A model generated the notes under the pieces. The model was not told where the DNA came from and searched no databases. It was given only the letters and a program-made list of their open reading frames with translations. A DNA stretch of 64,000 nt. It comes from an uncultured Flavobacterium sp. (lineage in GTDB: Bacteria > Bacteroidota > Bacteroidia > Flavobacteriales > Flavobacteriaceae). Of the stretch, positions 10,161 through 18,583 are shown one piece after another. The position numbers were made by a program, and so were the translations under genes. Location of the stretch: NCBI GenBank assembly GCA_964631795.1, contig CAZWAF010000002.1:2311-66310 (forward strand), given 5' to 3'. Position 1 is the first letter of the stretch. Each line of letters starts with the position of its first letter.

Positions 10161-12551
10161 TTAATTTCTGAGTGCTTTTCCTTTCGTCAGCATATATTGA
10201 ATTCGTTCTAATGTCTTTCTTTCGGTACACAAACTCAAAAAGGCTTCTCTCTCCAAATCCAATAAATATTGTTCTGAAACCAAAGTTGCTTCCGATAAAT
10301 CGCCTCCAGCCATAACATAAGCGAGTTTGTTAGCAATTTTCTTGTCGTGTTCCGAAATGAATTTTCCGGCAAGCATTTGGTCGGTTCCAACTAAAAACAT
10401 TCCTAATGCTTGTTTTCCAAGAACTTTAATGTCATTTCTGCGAATGGGTTGAGTGTATCCGGCTTCTGCCATTAATAAAGCGTGTTTTTTAGCTTCTGCA
10501 ATTTGTCGGTCTTTGTTTACCACTACTATATCCTTTCCTTTTTGAAGAATTCCCAAATCAAAAGCTTCGTATGCCGAAGTCGAAACTTTTGCCATAGCAA
10601 TTGTAAGGAATTGTTCTTGTAAAGTATTTAATTCAACATCGTTTTTACGATACAAATCGGAAGCTCTCAATGTCATCTCTTTTGTTCCGGCACCTCCCGG
10701 AATAACTCCGATTCCAAATTCTACCAAACCGATATATGTTTCGGCAGCAGCTACAATTTTGTCGGCGTGTAAACTCATTTCGCAACCTCCTCCAAAAGTC
10801 ATTCCGTGCGGAGCAACCACAACCGGAATTCCGGAATAACGAACTCGCATAACCGTATCCTGAAACTGTTTGATTGCCATATTTAGTTCGTCATAATCCT
10901 GCTCAATTGCCATCATGTAAATCAAAGCAATATTGGCACCTACTGAGAAATTTGGCCCTTGATTTCCAATAACAAGTCCCTGAAATTCTTTTTCTGCCAA
11001 ATCAATGGCTTTGTTAATTCCCTGAATCACATCACCTCCAAGTGTATTCATTTTGGAGCGGAATTCAACATTAAGAATACCATCTCCCAAATCCTGAATT
11101 ATGGCACCGTTATTACTCCATACTTTTTTGCTTTCGCGAATGTTATTCAGAATAATAAAAGCATCTTGCCCCGGTACTTTTTTCTGTGATTTTGTTGAAA
11201 TATCATAGAAATAAGTTGCGCCTTCTTTTACAGTATAAAAACTTTTATTTCCGGAATTAAGCATTTCTGTAACCCAATTGGCAGGTTGCAGATTTTCTGC
11301 TTTCATCAATTCAATTCCATTCTCAATACCAATAGCATCCCAAATTTCAAATGGTCCGTTTTCCCAACCAAAGCCGGCTTTCATCGCATCGTCAATTTTG
11401 TATAATTCATCCGAAATTTCCGGAATTCTGTTTGAAACATACGCAAAAAGAGACGTAAAATTCTTTCTGTAAAATTCTCCAGCTTTGTCGGTTCCTTTTA
11501 CCAAAATTTTGAATCGGTCAATTGACTTTTCTATCGTTTTGGTTTGTTCCAAAGTTGCAAAAGATGCTTTTTGTTGTGTACGATATTCGAAAGTATTTAA
11601 ATCGAGACTCAAAATTTCTTTATCTACTTTCTTATAAAATCCTTGTCCTGATTTACTGCCAAACCATTTATTTTCTACCATTTTACTGATAAAATCGGGA
11701 AGAGTAAACAAATCTTTGGCTTCATCGTTCGGACAATTAGCCGCCAATCCGTTGGCAACATGAACCAATGTATCCAATCCTACAACATCAACCGTTCTGA
11801 AAGTAGCCGATTTTGGTCTGCCAATAACCGGTCCTGTCAATTTATCGACTTCTTCTACAGTCAGATTCATTTCTTTGACTAAATGAAACAAACTCTGAAT
11901 TCCGAAAACACCAATTCTGTTCCCAATAAAAGCTGGAGTATCTTTGGCTACAACCGAAGTTTTTCCTAAAAATTGCTCTCCGTATTCTGTTAGAAAATCC
12001 AAAACTTCAGTTGAAGTTTGTGGTCCGGGAATGATTTCAAATAATTTCAGATAACGAGCCGGATTAAAAAAATGAGTTCCGCAGAAATGCTTCTGAAAAT
12101 CTTCACTTCGTCCTTCACTCATGAATTTTATTGGAATTCCCGAAGTATTTGAAGTAATCAATGTTCCGGGTTTTCGATAATTTTCAATTTGTTCAAAAAC
12201 CAACTTTTTGATATCCAATCGTTCTACAACCACTTCAATAATCCAATCGACATAAGCAATTTTAGCCATGTCGTCAGTGGTATTTCCGGTTGTAATTCGG
12301 CTGGCAAACTTTTGATTATAAATAGGTGAGGGGTTCGATTTTAAAGCATTTGCCAAATGTTCATTTGCAATTCTGTTTCTTACAATTTTATTTTCTAAAC
12401 TCAGTCCTTTTTTACTTTCAGTTTCATTTAATTCGTTTGGAAGTATGTCGAGCAAAAGTACTTCAACACCAATATTGGCAAAATGGCAGGCAATTCCGGA
12501 ACCCATGATTCCGGAACCTATAACTGCAACTTTCTTTATAATACGTTTCAT
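10161..12551 (-). CDS. 3-hydroxyacyl-CoA dehydrogenase/enoyl-CoA hydratase (FadN-like)
   Basis: GSGIMGSG, SNTSGIP, GTHFFNP, plus a crotonase domain (NFSVGAN, FGGGCE, GVIPGGAG). Confidence 0.9.
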   Translation of the reverse strand: MKRIIKKVAVIGSGIMGSGIACHFANIGVEVLLLDILPNELNETESKKGLSLENKIVRNRIANEHLANALKSNPSPIYNQKFASRITTGNTTDDMAKIAYVDWIIEVVVERLDIKKLVFEQIENYRKPGTLITSNTSGIPIKFMSEGRSEDFQKHFCGTHFFNPARYLKLFEIIPGPQTSTEVLDFLTEYGEQFLGKTSVVAKDTPAFIGNRIGVFGIQSLFHLVKEMNLTVEEVDKLTGPVIGRPKSATFRTVDVVGLDTLVHVANGLAANCPNDEAKDLFTLPDFISKMVENKWFGSKSGQGFYKKVDKEILSLDLNTFEYRTQQKASFATLEQTKTIEKSIDRFKILVKGTDKAGEFYRKNFTSLFAYVSNRIPEISDELYKIDDAMKAGFGWENGPFEIWDAIGIENGIELMKAENLQPANWVTEMLNSGNKSFYTVKEGATYFYDISTKSQKKVPGQDAFIILNNIRESKKVWSNNGAIIQDLGDGILNVEFRSKMNTLGGDVIQGINKAIDLAEKEFQGLVIGNQGPNFSVGANIALIYMMAIEQDYDELNMAIKQFQDTVMRVRYSGIPVVVAPHGMTFGGGCEMSLHADKIVAAAETYIGLVEFGIGVIPGGAGTKEMTLRASDLYRKNDVELNTLQEQFLTIAMAKVSTSAYEAFDLGILQKGKDIVVVNKDRQIAEAKKHALLMAEAGYTQPIRRNDIKVLGKQALGMFLVGTDQMLAGKFISEHDKKIANKLAYVMAGGDLSEATLVSEQYLLDLEREAFLSLCTERKTLERIQYMLTKGKALRN

Positions 12552-12584
12552 TTATTTTGGTTTGGTGGTTTTGTTATTGCAAAA

Positions 12585-14369
12585 TTATGCTTCTGTATGA
12601 GTATAAATTTTAGCGTACAGATCTTTGTATTTTTCTAAAATAATTTTTCTTTTTAGTTTCATTGTTGGAGTCAAATGACCGCTTTCAACATTCCAAACTT
12701 CAGGAGTCAATTCAAATTGTTTTATTTTTTCCCAGTTCCCGAATTTTAGATTTATTTTTTCAACTTCACTGGCAATTCTCTCAATTACTTTTGGATTTGC
12801 AATAATCTCCTTAGGAGAAGTTCCTATATCAATCTTTTTTTTCTTAGACCAATTCGCCAAATATTCAAAAGAAGGTTGTATAAAAGCTGCCGGCATTTTT
12901 TCTCCATCACCAATTACCATAATTTGCTCAATAAAAGGAGATTGTTTCATTGCATTTTCAATTATCTGAGGAGCAATGTATTTTCCTCCGGAGGTTTTAA
13001 ACATTTCTTTTTTACGATCAGTAATTTTCAGGAAACCATCTTTATCAATATGCCCGATGTCTCCGGTATGAAAATACCCGTTTTCAATTACCTGATTGGT
13101 AAGTTCTTCATCTTTATAATATCCCATCATCAAATTCGGACCTTTGAAAAGGATTTCACCGTCGGATGCGATTTTAACTTCTACATTTTCTATAGGTTTT
13201 CCAACAGTTCCGGCTCTAAAACCACGATTTCGCATATCATTAACTGCAATTACCGGCGATGTTTCGGTCAATCCGTAACCTTCCATAACCGGAATTTCAG
13301 CTGCCGCAAAAATCTTAGATAATCTTGGTTGCAGTGCTGCACTTCCTGAAACCATAAGGTCTAATTTTCCTCCTAAACCTTCTTTCCATTTACTGAAAAT
13401 TAGTTTTCGGGCAATTTTTAATTGTAATTCATACCAAAATCCATTGGCTCCATAAGGCTCGTATTTTATTCCTAAATTTAATGCCCAGAAAAATAAGTTT
13501 CTTTTAATTCCGGTTAATTCGGCTCCTTTTTCATAAATTTTTGCATATACTTTTTCAATTAGTCTTGGAACCACAGTTATAACTTCCGGTGAAACTTCTT
13601 TTAGGTTGTCGCTGAGTTTTTCGATAGATTCGGCAAAATAGATAGAAACTCCATAATATTGATAGAGATAGAGAACCATTCGTTCAAAAACATGACATAC
13701 AGGTAAAAAACTTAATGCTCTGGTATTTCCTGCCTGAAATGGAATTCTGGAAGCTGAGTTTAATACATTTGAAATTAGGTTTTTGTGAGAAAGCATAACT
13801 CCTTTTGGGCGGCCTGTAGTTCCGGAAGTATATATAATTGTAGCCAGATCTTCGGTATTTACGGAGTTTTTCCGTTCTTCAACCTCAGTTTGATTAGCGG
13901 TATCTTTGCCTAAATTGAGTAATTCATTCCAGTTTTTACAGTTTTCTATTTCATCAAAAGAATAAATCTCGATAAGATTTGGAACATTTTTTTTAATAGA
14001 ATTTATCTTAGCAAAAACCTCTGCATCCGAAACAAAACAATATTTTGCATCAGAATGATTCAGGATATATTCATAATCTTCCGCAGAAATAGTCGGATAA
14101 ATAGGTACATTTTGAGCACCAACCTGCAATACACCTATATCCAGAATATTCCATTCGGTTCTGTTTGTGGTCGAAATAACCGCAATTTTATCATTCTTTT
14201 GGATATTCATTCGCAAAAGAGCTCTCGAAATAGTATTGGCCTTATCAATATATTCTTGAGTTGAAGTTTTCATCCAATTGCCTTTTGTTTTTAAAACAAA
14301 AGCATCTGATAAAGGATATTTTTCAAGTTGATAATAAGGAAAGTCGAATATTCGTGTAATATTTTTCAT
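12585..14369 (-). CDS. Long-chain fatty acid-CoA ligase
   Basis: AMP-binding YTSGTTGRPKG, EGYGLTET, FHTGDIG, ITDRKK, LTPTMKLKR. Confidence 0.9.
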   Translation of the reverse strand: MKNITRIFDFPYYQLEKYPLSDAFVLKTKGNWMKTSTQEYIDKANTISRALLRMNIQKNDKIAVISTTNRTEWNILDIGVLQVGAQNVPIYPTISAEDYEYILNHSDAKYCFVSDAEVFAKINSIKKNVPNLIEIYSFDEIENCKNWNELLNLGKDTANQTEVEERKNSVNTEDLATIIYTSGTTGRPKGVMLSHKNLISNVLNSASRIPFQAGNTRALSFLPVCHVFERMVLYLYQYYGVSIYFAESIEKLSDNLKEVSPEVITVVPRLIEKVYAKIYEKGAELTGIKRNLFFWALNLGIKYEPYGANGFWYELQLKIARKLIFSKWKEGLGGKLDLMVSGSAALQPRLSKIFAAAEIPVMEGYGLTETSPVIAVNDMRNRGFRAGTVGKPIENVEVKIASDGEILFKGPNLMMGYYKDEELTNQVIENGYFHTGDIGHIDKDGFLKITDRKKEMFKTSGGKYIAPQIIENAMKQSPFIEQIMVIGDGEKMPAAFIQPSFEYLANWSKKKKIDIGTSPKEIIANPKVIERIASEVEKINLKFGNWEKIKQFELTPEVWNVESGHLTPTMKLKRKIILEKYKDLYAKIYTHTEA

Positions 14370-14595
14370 TTTTAGCAGGAATTTATTATCTGCAAATTAA
14401 ATAATATTACATTCACTCACAATTTTTATTTAAAATTTAAATTATTTTGATTAAAAATCATAAAATTATATTCAAAACACAATAAGATTTAGGTGTTTAA
14501 AATATTGGAAATCAAGCTGTAGCTTTAAAAAATAAACTTCAAGTGACCCAATCGAATGTTTTTTTAAGAGAAAAAGTTAAACGGTTTGTTTTTAT

Positions 14596-14617
14596 GATAG
14601 TAATTTTACTATCTTTG
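14596..14617 (+). promoter_or_regulatory. hicAB promoter: -7 box TATCTTTG overlapped by the palindrome GATAGTAA-tt-TTACTATC (likely HicB operator)
   Basis: Perfect 8-2-8 inverted repeat at 14596-14613; -7 box at 14610-14617, 24 nt before the hicA ATG. Confidence 0.7.
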
Positions 14618-14641
14618 AAAAGTTAAATAATAACAAGGTCT

Positions 14642-14821
14642 ATGAAATATAGCGAATTTTTTAAGCTAGCCAAGAAAAATGATTGGCAATTTTTAAGGCA
14701 AGGAAAGGGGAGTCATGAGATTTGGATTAAAGATGATAAAACAGTAGTAATTCCAAACCATGGTTCAAAAGAAATGCCAAAAGGATTAGAAAAAAGTTTA
14801 AAAAAGGAAATGGGATTATAG
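14642..14821 (+). CDS. hicA: HicA-family toxin (59 aa, absent from the ORF track)
   Basis: Manual translation: MKYSEFFKLAKKNDWQFLRQGKGSHEIWIKDDKTVVIPNHGSKEMPKGLEKSLKKEMGL, with the HicA GSH and PxH motifs. Confidence 0.88.
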   Translation: MKYSEFFKLAKKNDWQFLRQGKGSHEIWIKDDKTVVIPNHGSKEMPKGLEKSLKKEMGL

Positions 14822-14843
14822 TCTTATTTTAATAAATAATATT

Positions 14844-15233
14844 ATGAAAGAAATAAAAATTATAATTGAGAAAAGTACAGATTCATTTGGAGCATATTCC
14901 GAAAATATACAAGGAATTTACGGGGCTGGAGATACAGCCGATGAATGTAAACAATCCGTTTTAGATGCTATAGACACATTAAAAGAATTGGATAATTGTC
15001 CTAAAGAATTAAAAGGAGAATATGTAATAACATATAAATTTGATGCGGTTAGTTTTTTAAATTATTACAAAGGTATTTTTACAAATTCTGCCTTAGAAAA
15101 AATCACAGGAATAAATCAAAAACAAATACAACACTATGCAACTGGTTATCGTAAACCGAGACCAGAACAACGCCAAAAAATAGAAAATGCCTTACATAAA
15201 TTAGGTAAAGAACTTTTAGCTGTAGAACTTTAG
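14844..15233 (+). CDS. hicB: HicB-family antitoxin with C-terminal HTH
   Basis: N-terminal 'IIIEKSTDSFGAY..IQGIYGAGDT..E' and HTH 'LEKITGINQKQIQHYATG.RKPR'; directly follows hicA. Confidence 0.85.
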   Translation: MKEIKIIIEKSTDSFGAYSENIQGIYGAGDTADECKQSVLDAIDTLKELDNCPKELKGEYVITYKFDAVSFLNYYKGIFTNSALEKITGINQKQIQHYATGYRKPRPEQRQKIENALHKLGKELLAVEL

Positions 15234-15267
15234 TATTATTTGACGTTTTAATTTTATTTTACAATTT

Positions 15268-15291
15268 AGCCTCTCAATAAGAGGCTTTTTT
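15268..15291 (+). terminator. hicAB terminator
   Basis: agcctct-caata-agaggct followed by a T-tract. Confidence 0.75.
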
Positions 15292-15370
15292 ATGTTCTTT
15301 TGCCACTGTTGTAATTTTTTACAGTATAGATGTCGGCTAATGGTCGGCTGTGTTTTTGATACATAAAAGA

Positions 15371-15396
15371 AAAACCCCTTATTTCTAAGGGGTTTT
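15371..15396 (-). terminator. Hairpin just beyond the duplicated tRNA 3' end
   Basis: aaaacccctt-atttct-aaggggtttt, 22 nt from the att repeat. Confidence 0.6.
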
Positions 15397-15418
15397 AATT
15401 GGTTTTTTGACCTGAGAA

Positions 15419-15432
15419 GTGACCTCGACTGG
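15419..15432 (-). repeat. att site: copy of the tRNA-Arg 3' end
   Basis: gtgacctcgactgg is identical to 21541-21554. Confidence 0.9.
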
Positions 15433-15575
15433 GTCGTAACTTAAGTTAAATATCCCTTTATTTACAAGGGTTTAGAGCAGTAAATTTTAAAGAGGGGTAA
15501 CGATAGGGGTAATTATCATTGTAATATCAAATTTTACCCCATTTTATTACCTGAATGAAAAATGCAGAATCCTAA

Positions 15576-15833
15576 GTCAGGAAGATTAATTTTCTCAAAG
15601 ATGCTCTACTGATAACCCAGTTAATAACTAGATATACAAATCCTAATTATTGGATTAGTATTAAAGAGAAGTCTCCAAAAGTAATTTCTAGGTTAAAAAA
15701 GGACTTTAATAACCTATTAAACAAACACGATTTACTAAAGACCAAGAATGAATTGAGGGAGAAGCTAGAATCTAAATTTATAGAATTACTAAACTCCGAT
15801 TGTAGTGATTCAGAATATAGAGAAGTAGGATAG
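15576..15833 (+). pseudogene. Start-less open frame, probable C-terminal remnant of an element core gene
   Basis: 85 codons with no initiating ATG (...RYTNPNYWISIKEKSPKVISRLKKDFNNLLNKHDLLK...), followed by a terminator. Family not identified. Confidence 0.35.
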
Positions 15834-15860
15834 GGATTAAATGTCAACTATAAGACAATG

Positions 15861-15889
15861 AACAAACCCACTACAAGGTGGGTTTTGTT
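15861..15889. terminator. Bidirectional terminator ending the cargo operon
   Basis: aacaaacccac-tacaag-gtgggttttgtt. Confidence 0.7.
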
Positions 15890-15978
15890 GAATTATATTT
15901 TCGATATTAAAGACTAACAAATAGTAGGTTAGATGGTTATTTGTTGCGCTACATTCTTTCTATTATAATTTGCGGTAT

Positions 15979-17139
15979 TTAATTACAATAACTTGTTTGA
16001 GAATCTTTAATCCAATTTTTTGAAGTGGGAGTAAAACCATTATCAATTTTGATACATTTTAGTTCGTTATTTTGCTGTGTGTGCATATAATTAATGGATT
16101 TGTTTTTCCCATTTTGTAAATTGAGAGTCACTAAAATATTATTATCCAAATATATATTTTGCAAATTAGTTAAATTACTTGCATTAAAAATCGAAATTTT
16201 ATTATTGGTAGCAATTAGAGTTTCGATTAAATTGTTATTAGATACATTAAGATTTAACAACTGGTTATATCTTAAATCTATCCATTTTAATTTTGTGTTT
16301 TGTGAAATATCAATAGTAGTAAACCTATTACCTGAAACATCTAACCATTCAAGATTTGGAAATGTAGTAAGTGTTATAGTGGATAATTCATTCCATTGGT
16401 CATTAATACTTATCCTACCAATCTTTAAAGTTTGCAAATATGGATTTGTAAAATTTGAAAATTTTATAGATGTCAATCGGTTTGAAGTTAAATCAATTGT
16501 TGTTAATTTGTTACAACCAGAGAGGTCAAGTGCTCCTCCTAAATCCGAATCACGTAAGTTTAAAATTTCTAAATTTGATTGCATGGCAGTATTTAGAAGA
16601 TTAGCAACTGTATTTTCTGGAGAATTTAATGTTTTTAAAGTATTGCTCTTTGGTAAAACCAATTTTCCTATATAACCTTTTGTTTGCCCATTGCCGACAA
16701 CCCAACCCACATTAAAATTAATAGTTTCTAATTTTTTATTATTATAAAGATTTAGAGTTCCCCCATTTGTAATATCACCATTCCATAAATACACACATCC
16801 AGTTATAGTCTTCAAGTTTATTAATTGCTCTATACCCTTGAAATCACGAACAAAAGCACTTGAACCAAGATTTAATTCAGTTATTAATGAGGCTTCATAA
16901 CAAGATATTTTAGAATCATTATTTAAATCATAACCTCTAGAGATTAAAAAGTTTAAAAAATTACCAGTTACATTAAACTTAACAAAATCAACACATTCTG
17001 CACTTTCATATTCAGATAAAGATGATGTCGTATTGTTATTATTTGGAGGTGTTGTATTGTCATTCTTAGTTGGGCTATCATCAGATTTTGAACAGGATAA
17101 TATAGTCACTAAGCTTAAAATTAATAATAGTCTTTTCAT
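15979..17139 (-). CDS. Leucine-rich repeat lipoprotein (internalin-like LRRs)
   Basis: Lipobox ILSC, low-complexity N/T linker, and repeats such as LEWLDVSGNRF, LKWIDLRYNQL, LQNIYLDNNIL. Confidence 0.85.
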   Translation of the reverse strand: MKRLLLILSLVTILSCSKSDDSPTKNDNTTPPNNNNTTSSLSEYESAECVDFVKFNVTGNFLNFLISRGYDLNNDSKISCYEASLITELNLGSSAFVRDFKGIEQLINLKTITGCVYLWNGDITNGGTLNLYNNKKLETINFNVGWVVGNGQTKGYIGKLVLPKSNTLKTLNSPENTVANLLNTAMQSNLEILNLRDSDLGGALDLSGCNKLTTIDLTSNRLTSIKFSNFTNPYLQTLKIGRISINDQWNELSTITLTTFPNLEWLDVSGNRFTTIDISQNTKLKWIDLRYNQLLNLNVSNNNLIETLIATNNKISIFNASNLTNLQNIYLDNNILVTLNLQNGKNKSINYMHTQQNNELKCIKIDNGFTPTSKNWIKDSQTSYCN

Positions 17140-17181
17140 AATTGTTTATGATTTGTTAAAGTGTTATATTTTATTAGTCTC

Positions 17182-17727
17182 TTGATTATAAGTGAGATTT
17201 AATTATTCTATCAGCAGGGTCATTATCTAAATTCTTTTTAGGGGATTTAGAAATAGCCTTTTTCCTTTTTGGGTTTTCTTTTGTTCTAATCTCTTTTCCT
17301 GGGATATAATTCTTTTGCTTTGCTACACGCTTTCCACTTGATGTTGTAGTATATAAATCTGCCCCCTTATAAGTAGTATATGTTTCAAATCTTTGTTTCG
17401 GTTTTTTAGTTCCTAGATTTGAAAACAAATCCTGAGTTAATGCACCGTCTTCGTTTGTTCCTGATGTACTTCTAATTTGATTTTGGGGCAATACAGAAAT
17501 ACCACTCCTATCTGCTCTTCGGTCATTATTTGGAATATCAGGAACTCCCTGATACTTTATTTCTGGGAGTGGTGGTTGGGTTAAGTCTGTAGGGTTTACT
17601 TCATTTTGTGCCGAAGCTCCAATTGAAAGTAAAGTTGTAATCGCAAGTGTAAAGAGTGATTTTTTTATCATTGTTGTGTTTTTGATTATAAGTGACTCTT
17701 AATTATTCCATCCGCAGGGTCATTATC
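17182..17727. repeat. 46-bp imperfect direct repeat (17182-17227 and 17682-17727) covering two ORF ends
   Basis: 41/46 identity by manual alignment; period exactly 500 bp. Confidence 0.9.
17186..17671 (-). CDS. Secreted hypothetical protein ending ...DNDPADRIIKSHL
   Basis: Signal peptide MIKKSLFTLAITTLLSIGASA; 161 aa; lies within the operon. Confidence 0.65.
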   Translation of the reverse strand: MIKKSLFTLAITTLLSIGASAQNEVNPTDLTQPPLPEIKYQGVPDIPNNDRRADRSGISVLPQNQIRSTSGTNEDGALTQDLFSNLGTKKPKQRFETYTTYKGADLYTTTSSGKRVAKQKNYIPGKEIRTKENPKRKKAISKSPKKNLDNDPADRIIKSHL

Positions 17728-17913
17728 AGAACTTTTTTTACATGAGGTAGGAATTACAGACCAAACAATAAACCCTACTAGTAATGAGAATCCTAACTGA
17801 ACTATCCAAGAGTAAGCATCTTTAGGTTTGTCAGCTATAGATTTATCTTTAAAAAGTCCCCTAATAAGTAATCCGAAAATTGTTAATCCGAAAATTGTTA
17901 AAATTGTACCCAT
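17686..17913 (-). CDS. Small two-TM membrane protein ending ...DNDPADGIIKSHL
   Basis: Two hydrophobic segments; 75 aa. Confidence 0.6.
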   Translation of the reverse strand: MGTILTIFGLTIFGLLIRGLFKDKSIADKPKDAYSWIVQLGFSLLVGFIVWSVIPTSCKKSSDNDPADGIIKSHL

Positions 17914-18124
17914 AAATTATTTAAATAAATATAATTAGTTTATTGTCAAGCACTTTATTTGTGGTTAAACATTTCTTTTTTGGTGATTTCTCTAATTTAA
18001 TTATATAAAGGTCAATTTGCAACTGATTATTTTGAAGTATGTTAAGAACAATACCTCTCCATTTGTAGTGCGTTGTTTTTTAACCTTGACAAAGAGTATT
18101 AATTTTGTCTTATAATTAAAAGAA

Positions 18125-18538
18125 CTAATAATATCTAATTACTTTCTTTTTAGTCACTATAATTAGACTTGACTTATCAAAAGCCAGATATATGTTAACT
18201 CCAGTTTCTAAAGTAGTGGAATAAAAAATATTTCCTTCATAAACTTTTTCTCCCATTTTAAAGTTGTCGAGTGTAGATATAAAAGCGTAATAACCTTTTT
18301 CATCAGTGTCTCCATATATATCAAGAATAGGGCTATTTTTAACTTCAGTTGCTCTGCTGAAAGAGAATTCATAAACTCCTGACCCATAAGATATATTTTG
18401 ATAACTTGTTTTACCATATTGATTGATATATGGTGCTGACACATCTTTTTTATAAAATGTAAGTTTTTGAGGATAGTCAATTTGACAAAAAGATTTTGTA
18501 GCAATCAAGAAGATTACTAAAAGGATAAAATTTTTCAT
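18125..18538 (-). CDS. Secreted hypothetical protein
   Basis: Signal peptide MKNFILLVIFLIATKSFC; 137 aa. Confidence 0.6.
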   Translation of the reverse strand: MKNFILLVIFLIATKSFCQIDYPQKLTFYKKDVSAPYINQYGKTSYQNISYGSGVYEFSFSRATEVKNSPILDIYGDTDEKGYYAFISTLDNFKMGEKVYEGNIFYSTTLETGVNIYLAFDKSSLIIVTKKKVIRYY

Positions 18539-18583
18539 ATTTATTATTATTTAATTTAGTATTGAATCTGTTTATTTTCTTCA

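Noticed and set aside
10161-14369. Beta-oxidation pair without thiolase or acyl-CoA dehydrogenase as a novel pathway
   Set aside because: Both genes look ordinary, and the partners can be encoded elsewhere.
15562-15612. MQNPKSGRLIFSKMLY as an integrase N-terminal remnant
   Set aside because: Only a few residues resemble arm-binding-domain motifs, which is too short to separate from chance.
17186-17200. C-terminal SHL as a peroxisomal PTS1-like signal
   Set aside because: No basis in a bacterial island; three residues can match by chance.
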